Of a DNA stretch of 64,000 nt, positions 51,382-59,173 are shown piece after piece. Below the pieces are notes generated by a model. That model was not told the origin of the DNA, searched no databases, and was given only the letters and a program-made list of their open reading frames with translations. Where the stretch lies: NCBI GenBank assembly GCA_963799485.1, contig CAWCXJ010000006.1, forward strand, positions 32,001 to 96,000, written 5' to 3'. The DNA comes from an uncultured Trueperaceae bacterium (lineage in GTDB: Bacteria; Deinococcota; Deinococci; Deinococcales; Trueperaceae). The position numbers and the translations under genes were made by a program. Numbering within the stretch: position 1 is the stretch's first letter; every line of letters starts with the position of its first letter.

Positions 51382-52119
51382 TCACGGTTCAGGCGGGTTC
51401 TGCACATCTGAACCTTCTTGTACGGGGTGCGTCCGCTGTACCCGCGCGCGTCCGTAGTTACAGATGGCGAGCGCCGGACAACTACGGCAGCGCGGCGCGT
51501 TAAAGGTGCAGACGCGCTGCCCGTGCAACAGGAGCGCGATATGAAAGTTGTAGAGCAGATGCGGGTCGGGCGGCAAGAGTGCAAAAAGCGGCGCGTGCGC
51601 CGCCGTCGAGGTCTTCACCTTGGCGCTCAGGAGTCCGACGCGCTGCGACACCCGGTAGACGTGGGTATCGACCGGCAACACGGGTTTGGCAAAGCAGAAG
51701 AGCAGCACCAGTGAAGCCGTTTTGATGCCGACGCCCGGCAGCGCCGTAAGCCACGCCACGCCCTCGTCGGCGCTCAGGTCGGCTAAAAAGCTCAGATCGG
51801 TGCTGCCGCGAAGCTCGAGAATCCTCGCAATCGTCTTTTGAATCTGCGGCGCTTTGGCCGCGGCGAAGTTCGACGGTGCGATGGCGCGGGCCAGCTCCGC
51901 TGTCGGCGCGTCCTTGACGGCCTCCCATGAACCAAACTGCGCCCACATCCGGTTGTACGCGAGCTCTTCGTTTTTCCAGGTGGTGCGCTGCGACAAAATC
52001 GTCGAGATAAGTTCGTGCATCGGGTCGCGCCGGGGTTTAAGCTCGCGTTCGCCGTAGGCCCGGAGCAAGATGCGGTGCAGCTCGAGCGCTTTTTCTCTAA
52101 GCGCTGTTTGAGACTCCAT
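51382..52119 (-). CDS. Endonuclease III-family DNA glycosylase (HhH-GPD, 4Fe-4S)
   Basis: ILSQ.T, LPGVGIKTA (catalytic K), PVDTH (D), C-x6-C-x2-C-x5-C. Confidence 0.88.
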   Translation of the reverse strand: MESQTALREKALELHRILLRAYGERELKPRRDPMHELISTILSQRTTWKNEELAYNRMWAQFGSWEAVKDAPTAELARAIAPSNFAAAKAPQIQKTIARILELRGSTDLSFLADLSADEGVAWLTALPGVGIKTASLVLLFCFAKPVLPVDTHVYRVSQRVGLLSAKVKTSTAAHAPLFALLPPDPHLLYNFHIALLLHGQRVCTFNAPRCRSCPALAICNYGRARVQRTHPVQEGSDVQNPPEP

Positions 52120-52181
52120 AAACGCCAGTCTGCCGGTCGGTAGCCCCGCAAAACAATAAGGCAGCACGCCTTTACGTTTTC

Positions 52182-52406
52182 GGCTCGAGCTGTTTGAGGC
52201 ACATTCTTTATATGCCGTGCCTCTCAGCCATACGATTTAATCCCATCAGCAACTTTCTTAAACGTTTGGTAGCACTTGAGAAGCATAAGAAAGCGGCTGT
52301 GGTGGCGTGCACGGCTAAACTGTCGAAGCTCAGCTTTGGGGTGCTCACACACCTAAAACCATTCAAGTCTGCCCGGGTTCAAGCTTGACAAATCAACACA
52401 GCATCT
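52182..52406 (+). mobile_element. IS110-family remnant: transposase C-terminus plus right end
   Basis: GSSCLRHILYMPCLSAIRFNP...AVVAC..KL....FGVL....PF, then CTTGACAAATCAACACAGCATCT resembling IS110 ends as recalled. Confidence 0.75.
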
Positions 52407-52483
52407 CAGGTTCTTTAGGAAGGAGAGAAAGCCACCGCTCGAGCCAAAGGGCATCGTTGTGAGTCATTGCAGGATTTGGGTTT

Positions 52484-53215
52484 CTATATATCCTGCTGCT
52501 GCGGCACCAACACTAGGTCACGAATCGTCACGTGCGGCGGACGGCTGAGCATAAACACCACTGCCTCCGCCACATCTTCCGAGGTCAGGCTGGCATGCTC
52601 CCTAACTTTTGCGTCAATTTCAGAGGGGTCTTCAAACCCCCACAGTTCGTTGGCAACCATCCCCGGTGCCACCGCGCCCACCCGGATATTATGCGGCGCA
52701 ACCTGACGACGCAGTGTATGCACAAAGCTCTGTACCGCATGTTTCGAGGCGCTGTAAACGGGTTCCCAGTGAATATCCACAAAACCCGAAATGCTGCTGG
52801 TCACGAGAATGTCGCCGGAGTTTTGCGCGATCATCTGAGGCAATACAGCGCGGATGCTCCGCAGTACGCCGTTGATGTTGACGTCTATGAGCTGCGCCCA
52901 GGCGTCCGGGTCACCCTCGGCAGCTTTGCCGGGGATGTAGAGCCCCGCGTTGGCAAAGAGCACGTCAATACGCCCGAAACGCGCTACTGTCCGCTCGACT
53001 ATCCTCGTTGCATCTTCAGCTCGAGTCACATCAGCCTTGAGGCTTAAGGTCTCCGTAGTAAGGTCGGCGGCGAGCGCCTCGAGCCTATCCTCCCGTCGCG
53101 CTGCCAGAGCCAGTTTGCACCCTAGTGCGGTCAGCGCCCTAGCCGTCGCCGCCCCAATTCCCGAACTTGCGCCCGTAATCAGAACGACTTTGCCCTCTAG
53201 TGGTTGCGCCATCAT
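52484..53215 (-). CDS. SDR oxidoreductase, ribitol 2-dehydrogenase-like
   Basis: TGASSGIG, ANAG, EGDPD.W, WEPVYSASK.AVQ.FVHT.RRQV resembles RbtD as recalled. Confidence 0.75.
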   Translation of the reverse strand: MMAQPLEGKVVLITGASSGIGAATARALTALGCKLALAARREDRLEALAADLTTETLSLKADVTRAEDATRIVERTVARFGRIDVLFANAGLYIPGKAAEGDPDAWAQLIDVNINGVLRSIRAVLPQMIAQNSGDILVTSSISGFVDIHWEPVYSASKHAVQSFVHTLRRQVAPHNIRVGAVAPGMVANELWGFEDPSEIDAKVREHASLTSEDVAEAVVFMLSRPPHVTIRDLVLVPQQQDI

Positions 53216-53245
53216 GACCTCCCCTGTCCTCAAAACTCAATCTCA

Positions 53246-54844
53246 CTACAGCGGCATATTCCCGTGCTTCTTAAACGGCCGCGCCTCCACCTTCTCCCGT
53301 AACATCCGCAGGTGCCGAATCAAATGCTGCCGTGTGTGTTTCGGGTCGATTACATCGTCGATGTAACCGCGCCCCGCTGCCCAGTACGGGTTGTCGAAGC
53401 GCTCTTTGTACTCGGCAATTTTGGCGGCCCGGGTACTCTCCGGATTTTGCGAGCCCTGAATTTCACGGCGGTAGATGATGTTAGCCGCGCCCTCCGCGCC
53501 CATCACCGCAACCGCCGAGGTGGGCCACGCCAGCACTACATCCGCGCCCATATCGCGTGAGTTCATAGCGAGGTACGCGCCGCCGTAGCTTTTACGGACG
53601 ATGAGCGTGATTTTCGGAACCGTGGCCTCGGCGTAGGCGTAAAGCATCTTTGCGCCGTGCCGGATGATACCTGCGTGTTCCTGCGCGACACCCGGCAAAA
53701 AGCCGGTGACATCGACGAACGTCACGACCGGGACGTTATAGCAGTCGCAGGTACGGATAAATCTTGCAGCCTTGTCCGACGCGTCGATGTTGAGGGTGCC
53801 TGCCATATGGCGTGGGTTGTTGGCGACGATGCCGACGGATTGACCGCCCAGACGGGCAAAGCCGCACAAGATGTTTTTGGCGAAACCGGGTTGAACCTCG
53901 AGCCACCCCCCATCATCGACGACCGCCCGAACCACTTCCACCATCGGATACGGGCGGCGCTGGTCGGGATGCACGATGCTTAAGAGTTCCGGGGTCTGAC
54001 GTATTTCGGGGTCTTGGGTCGGTTTGACGGGCGGCTGCTCTTTGGCTGATTGCGGCAGATACGAGAGCAGCTCGCGCACGGTTTCTAAAACAGCCTCGTC
54101 GCCGTCCGCTTCAAAGTGCGCTACGCCTGATTTGCGCGCGTGAACGTCCGCGCCGCCGAGCCCCTCAAAGGTGACGTTTTCTTTGGTGACCGATTTGATG
54201 ACTTCGGGGCCGGTGATAAACATGTACGAGCTGCCCCGGCTCATCAGCACAAAGTCGGTGAGCGCCGGGCTGTAGACCGCGCCCCCGGCACACGGGCCTA
54301 AAATCGCGCTGATTTGCGGCACCACGCCCGAATAGACGGCGTTACGGTAGAAAACCTCACCGTAGCCCGAAAGTGAATCGACGCCCTCCTGAATCCGCGC
54401 GCCCGCCGAATCGTTCAGACCGACAATCGGCGCACCCGTTTTGACCGCCAAGTCCATCGCCTTGGCAATTTTTTGCGCGTGCATCTTGCCTAAAGACCCG
54501 CCCAGCACCGTAAAATCCTGGCTAAAGACGAAAACCGTGCGACCGGAAACGGTGCCGTAACCGGTGACGACGCCTTCACCGGGCGCGTCCACGCCGCGCA
54601 TCATTTCAAACCCGGCGTGCTCGGTAAACACCCCGAGTTCGACAAAACTGCCTTCGTCCAAAAGAGTAGTAATGCGCTCCCGCGCCGTCAACTTGCCCGC
54701 GTCGCGCTGTTTTTTTTGTCGCGCTTCGCCGCCCCCCCGGTAGACGGCTTTGCGGCGCTCCTCCATCTCGGCGGTGAGTTCGTTCATCCACGCAAGCGTA
54801 TCGTCGGGCCTGGGTTTTACGGGCTTGTTCGCAGGTTTGCTCAC
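53246..54844 (-). CDS. pccB: Acyl-CoA (propionyl-CoA) carboxylase, carboxyltransferase beta subunit
   Basis: GKLTARER, QDFTVLGGSLG, GARIQEG, GPCAGGAVYSPA, GIIRHGAK, KKHGNMPL. Confidence 0.9.
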   Translation of the reverse strand: MSKPANKPVKPRPDDTLAWMNELTAEMEERRKAVYRGGGEARQKKQRDAGKLTARERITTLLDEGSFVELGVFTEHAGFEMMRGVDAPGEGVVTGYGTVSGRTVFVFSQDFTVLGGSLGKMHAQKIAKAMDLAVKTGAPIVGLNDSAGARIQEGVDSLSGYGEVFYRNAVYSGVVPQISAILGPCAGGAVYSPALTDFVLMSRGSSYMFITGPEVIKSVTKENVTFEGLGGADVHARKSGVAHFEADGDEAVLETVRELLSYLPQSAKEQPPVKPTQDPEIRQTPELLSIVHPDQRRPYPMVEVVRAVVDDGGWLEVQPGFAKNILCGFARLGGQSVGIVANNPRHMAGTLNIDASDKAARFIRTCDCYNVPVVTFVDVTGFLPGVAQEHAGIIRHGAKMLYAYAEATVPKITLIVRKSYGGAYLAMNSRDMGADVVLAWPTSAVAVMGAEGAANIIYRREIQGSQNPESTRAAKIAEYKERFDNPYWAAGRGYIDDVIDPKHTRQHLIRHLRMLREKVEARPFKKHGNMPL

Positions 54845-54941
54845 GGGTGAGCCTCAGATGAAGCCGTATCAGACTGTTTCATAGCGTCCAGCATACAGAG
54901 TTAAGGCAAGAGTAGCGCGAACGTAAAGCTTAGGACTCCGC

Positions 54942-55271
54942 TTAGGGCGTCCGGGTTAGAACCCTGGTCTCATCCGGGCCGATAAAGCCCTGTTCGCGAG
55001 CGAGCTGTTCCCGAAAAACCGGGTCGTTGCGGTGCCGCAGCACAGCTTGCAAGGTGCGCGTCTCTTCTTGCAGGGCACCGATGTCCGCCGTAAGCCGGGT
55101 GATTTCGCGCTGCGTGTAGAGGTAGCGTCCACCCTCGAGCCCGATCATCAGCAGGGCGTGGAGACCTCCGACTACCGCGATAACCGTAAAAAAAATGCTC
55201 CCCCAACGCCGTGGTTTGGGCGGCCCTGTAGGTGCAGCGGCGCGTTCGGAACGCCCGAACGAAACGCTCAC
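54942..55271 (-). CDS. Septum formation initiator FtsB/DivIC family
   Basis: TM helix, coiled coil, DP.F.EQLAREQGFIGPDE. Confidence 0.75.
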   Translation of the reverse strand: MSVSFGRSERAAAPTGPPKPRRWGSIFFTVIAVVGGLHALLMIGLEGGRYLYTQREITRLTADIGALQEETRTLQAVLRHRNDPVFREQLAREQGFIGPDETRVLTRTP

Positions 55272-55433
55272 AGGTCGGGCAGAAAAGAGAGGGCGAAAAA
55301 AGAAGCAAGCATAAGTTCTAGCGTGATTGTAACAGCTTACACCGCCCTGCGCGCAAGCTCGAGTGAGACGTTAAGTACGGTACAAATCGTAAGACCAGCC
55401 CGTAAAACTTCGGCTTACGCGCAAATTAAAGTG

Positions 55434-55715
55434 CTATGGGCCTTGGTACCGCACCACTTCAGCGCGGTAGCCGAGTGCGTAAGCGAGTGCGAGCGCTAAA
55501 AGCACCAGCAAAAACACGCCTCTCGCTAAGAAAAAAACGAGCAGCGCCCCGATAACGACGTAACTTAGTGATATCCGGAACAAAGTTTTGCCCGACTTGT
55601 CACGCCCGACCACCCGGCGGCGGTTGCCGGATTCAAAGGCGCTGCGCAGCAGGCGACTCGCCAGCTTAAAGCTTCGTTTCGCTTCGGTTTCAACACGTTC
55701 CGACCAGTTTGCCAC
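55434..55715 (-). CDS. DUF4342-like small membrane protein
   Basis: GN.RRVV..D..G.TL..I.L followed by a hydrophobic hairpin; GGAGG RBS. Confidence 0.55.
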   Translation of the reverse strand: MANWSERVETEAKRSFKLASRLLRSAFESGNRRRVVGRDKSGKTLFRISLSYVVIGALLVFFLARGVFLLVLLALALAYALGYRAEVVRYQGP

Positions 55716-55760
55716 AGCGGGCCTCCAAAAAGAGTATAGCAAGGCGGCCCGCAGCGTTCG

Positions 55761-55943
55761 TTAGAACTGGTCGTAATTACAAAGTGGCGGTACCGAGGTC
55801 ACCGGCACAGTGAGAGCTAAAAGCGCGAGGTAACGTGCTTCTTCACCGTCGGCAGCGCGTTCGCTTTTGTGTCCGTCATGACGCAAGTAAAGTTCCAACA
55901 TCTCGGCGATTTCGCGGTCGTCTTCTACGACCAAAAGGGCCAT
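55761..55943 (-). pseudogene. Truncated response-regulator receiver domain
   Basis: LLVVEDDREIAEML..YL..DG......ADGEEA, then no phosphoacceptor Asp region or output domain. Confidence 0.65.
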
Positions 55944-56116
55944 ACGACCTCCGGCGCGGATTCACGCTACGCACCGCACGGCGTCGGCGCTAGTCACGAT
56001 GCTGCTGTGCCGCAGTCGACACTTAGACAAGCCCTTCACCGTAGTCAGGCATCCAGAGCATGCTCAAAGGCTCCGCAGCGTGCCAGAGAAGCCGACTGCA
56101 TCTGAGGGCGTCAACT

Positions 56117-58855
56117 TCACAAGACCGCTATTCCGGTGATGTAGCCGATACGGATATAACGGTGTGCGCTCTTGCCGAGCGTTTTTCCTGTCAGGTATGG
56201 CGTCGCCCCGGCGTACACGACCGACTCGGGGGCGATTTTCTCGGTTACGAGTTTACCTTTCGACTTTTTGGTATAACCGTAACGGTCGTAGCTCTCCTTT
56301 TCCTGATGGTAGCGCAGCTCGAGCGACCTACCTTCGCTGATGGTCGCCTGGATCAGCACCCGCATCTTGCGGGTATCCAGACCGTTTTGCATGATGCTGC
56401 CCTGGACTGCTTGCGGTTTGATGTGGGGCGCGAAGCCCTCTGAAAGCTTCACGCCGAGGTCGGACAGGCGTTGCTCGAGACCTTCCTGGTGACCTTCTGC
56501 GACGAGATAGCTGGTGTCGTTGAGCTGCTGTCCAAGATGCTGTGCAATCCCTGGGTGTTTGGCGAGTGCGGTGGCGCTCGGGTGCTGAAAGACACTGATT
56601 TTCGCTAATGCAGGCGCGGTACTCCTGCCCTCCCAGATGTTCATGAGCGCCTCGAGCTGTGGCGGAAGACCACCTTTTGCTCTGGCAGTTAACGTTTCTC
56701 GCGCGGCGGTGTTGAGTGTCCCGGCACGGATTGCAGCGACGTCCAAATGATAGGTTCCGTCAAGGTCTTGCGTGGCGAGTTGCGCTAACACCGCTCGGCC
56801 CGCCAAGTCGGTCGCTCCCTCGAGCTGAAAATGTCCTTCGGGATGAAACCTAAGCGTGCGGGCCGGTGCGAGGTTGTACTGATGACGCACGCTGACCTTG
56901 AGCTGTTTAGGTACGGTTTCCAGCAACAAGAAGCGTTCAGCTACGGCGCTAGCATCCTTGAAGGTATTCAAGGCAGCGTCGCGCTCGCCCTGGCTGGTGT
57001 ACTCGAGCAACTTGACCCTTTCCCGAACGTGTAACCGCTCACGGCGGGACGCCCAATCTCTCAGGCTGCGGGCCACATTATCAGGCACGCCCCTGCTGTG
57101 ATCTTGCAGTAGTTTGAGCAGCGCCTCGAGCTCGAGCCCGGCTTCGAGTGCCCGGTAGAGGCTTGAACGCGTGATGGTATAGCTGGCGGTCTGCGCGTCG
57201 ACGCGGGTACAATCTGCACAACCAAGCGCAGTGATGGCGAGCGGACTGAGCTCACCTAAATACACGAGGATGTCGAAGTTCGGCTGAATCAGCAGGCTGG
57301 GTTTATTTGGCTTGCCCGTGTCGGGGTCCAAACCCAAGAACCGGCGAAACTGCTCGACGTCTGGAGGCTGCTTGGCGCCTTGCAGATGTTGGCCTTGTGC
57401 CAGCCAGGTGAGCCCCAGCCCGGGCATCACCGCATACCGGTAGGCCGGATCGCCCTCGGAAGGTGCCATGAGCCTCTCCACCTTGTCGCCTCTCATAGTG
57501 TGGAGGCCGCCACGGGCAGGTTTAGCGGGTTTGGCTGCCACCTCCGGCAATTCAGCTACCGCGACCAAGCCCAGATCATGAAACGCGCCCAGCAGCACGT
57601 CGGTGAACCAGGCGGGACGTTCCGGTTGGGTATCAGGTGCCTTCCAGTGCCGGACCCGGGGGCTGAGCACACACTTGAGTGCCCGCTGCCAGAGACCCTC
57701 GAGCGCCCGCTCCAGCGGTACGGGATAGTCTGGTAACACCGCCAGACTCGCTAGCAGCGCCCGTCCCGCGACCGTCTCGGAGATCAATGAGTGGCGCCCA
57801 CCCCACGGGCCGTCGTCGGAGAGCTCTACGGCGTTTGGGAGCGCCTCGACCATAAAGCTATAAGAAACGACCAGCGGCGCATCCTGAAGCTTGCGTAGGC
57901 GTGGTAAGTTGACCCGCCAAGGGTCCTTCGTAGAACCGCTCTCAGGCGCGTCCAGCAGCCCCAGTGCGAAAGCGAGCCGTAACAAACGCTCCAGACGCGG
58001 CTCCAACCACGTTCTGCGTTTGATTAGGCGTGACAGTACCCGTTTGCTAGGCGTGCCGTTTTGGGTGATCTGCAAACCGCCCTCTTCTAGCACGAGCTGC
58101 GTCACATCGAAAAGCTCGAGCAAGGTCTGCAGCGGATGAGGTGAGCTCGGAGTTACGGCGCTAAGCGGTTCGAGCGCGAGCGTAGGCGGCAAAGGCGAAG
58201 GCTCATCAGGTAATCTGGCCAGGATTCGGGAATCGGTAAAGACGAGGTCGTCGGCTGCACCTTGCTCACTGGCGTAATAGTATGAGGTCGCAAACCACGG
58301 TGCGTGGTTGCCGGCGGGTATGAGAAGCCCGTCGCGCAGCAGCACGCCCAAATACCCTATACCGGGCGCGTGACCGAAATAATCCTTGTAAACGCTGGTG
58401 CCGGGGCGTTCCACCGGCTCGCGGCCGTGCAGCGCTGCCTGAACAATGAGCGCCCAGCCGTCCATCACGCCGCCGCGCCTTTTGACTTCACCTAGTAGCG
58501 CCCGCTCGAGTGGGCTCAGGTCGGCGATCAGCTTGTCTAGTAGTGATGCTTTACTCAGCGCCTGAACGACGGCTTTTTTGCTCTCCGCCACGCGACCGGC
58601 GTTCGCGCTTGGGTTGAAGCGTTTGGCTACCAGCTTGAGCTGATCGGCGTTCATATGCTCGAGCATGGCGTCGAGTCTGACTTCAGCCCTACGCGGCGGC
58701 GCGTTTTGACTAGACGCTACTACGTCGGTGCCGAGCACTTCTTTATTGCCGACACCCGCGCCTAGCGCGCGGAGACTCTCGGCCAGGTCAGCGGGTAAAC
58801 TCTCCAGATCACCTGCTTCTATCAGCTTGGCTAACAGCGCATCAAGGTCTCTCAC
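56117..58855 (-). CDS. XPB-associated protein: Helicase_C_3 (p52/Tfb2 clutch-like) domain plus C-terminal WYL-like domain
   Basis: LLIQPNFDILV...YTITRSSLYRALEAG...VPDNVARSLRDW; C-terminal IQATISEGRSLELRY...IAP......YL.G......R.IRI.YI. Confidence 0.7.
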   Translation of the reverse strand: MRDLDALLAKLIEAGDLESLPADLAESLRALGAGVGNKEVLGTDVVASSQNAPPRRAEVRLDAMLEHMNADQLKLVAKRFNPSANAGRVAESKKAVVQALSKASLLDKLIADLSPLERALLGEVKRRGGVMDGWALIVQAALHGREPVERPGTSVYKDYFGHAPGIGYLGVLLRDGLLIPAGNHAPWFATSYYYASEQGAADDLVFTDSRILARLPDEPSPLPPTLALEPLSAVTPSSPHPLQTLLELFDVTQLVLEEGGLQITQNGTPSKRVLSRLIKRRTWLEPRLERLLRLAFALGLLDAPESGSTKDPWRVNLPRLRKLQDAPLVVSYSFMVEALPNAVELSDDGPWGGRHSLISETVAGRALLASLAVLPDYPVPLERALEGLWQRALKCVLSPRVRHWKAPDTQPERPAWFTDVLLGAFHDLGLVAVAELPEVAAKPAKPARGGLHTMRGDKVERLMAPSEGDPAYRYAVMPGLGLTWLAQGQHLQGAKQPPDVEQFRRFLGLDPDTGKPNKPSLLIQPNFDILVYLGELSPLAITALGCADCTRVDAQTASYTITRSSLYRALEAGLELEALLKLLQDHSRGVPDNVARSLRDWASRRERLHVRERVKLLEYTSQGERDAALNTFKDASAVAERFLLLETVPKQLKVSVRHQYNLAPARTLRFHPEGHFQLEGATDLAGRAVLAQLATQDLDGTYHLDVAAIRAGTLNTAARETLTARAKGGLPPQLEALMNIWEGRSTAPALAKISVFQHPSATALAKHPGIAQHLGQQLNDTSYLVAEGHQEGLEQRLSDLGVKLSEGFAPHIKPQAVQGSIMQNGLDTRKMRVLIQATISEGRSLELRYHQEKESYDRYGYTKKSKGKLVTEKIAPESVVYAGATPYLTGKTLGKSAHRYIRIGYITGIAVL

Positions 58856-58856
58856 C

Positions 58857-59141
58857 TCAGCTCACTTTCGGCGTATGCCCGGCTTTAAGCAGCGCCTTAA
58901 GCAACGCTTGGCTGTGCTGCGGCAGCACCACGGCTTCGGTTGGAGACAACCGCGTCAGGATGAAGTCTTTAAGGCGCGCGTCAGCCTGTATAGCAGTGAG
59001 GTCGGCTGCATCCGCCACTGTGACCAGTGTCAGGCCTTCGTGTAGGACCACCTCGCCCGCCACCGGAACCGGCTCGAGCTGTGCTGCTTGTGAGGATACA
59101 GCCGCATCGGCCGGCGTGCGCTTGGCTTTTCTAGCTGGCAT
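58857..59141 (-). CDS. Small hypothetical protein, p8/Tfb5-like fold predicted
   Basis: GAGGAG RBS; stop abuts the next start; EGLTLVTVAD...LKDFILTRLSPTEAVV...ALLKALLKAG. Confidence 0.6.
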   Translation of the reverse strand: MPARKAKRTPADAAVSSQAAQLEPVPVAGEVVLHEGLTLVTVADAADLTAIQADARLKDFILTRLSPTEAVVLPQHSQALLKALLKAGHTPKVS

Positions 59142-59173
59142 ACGAACTCCTCGACACCAAGTCGTGAATGACG

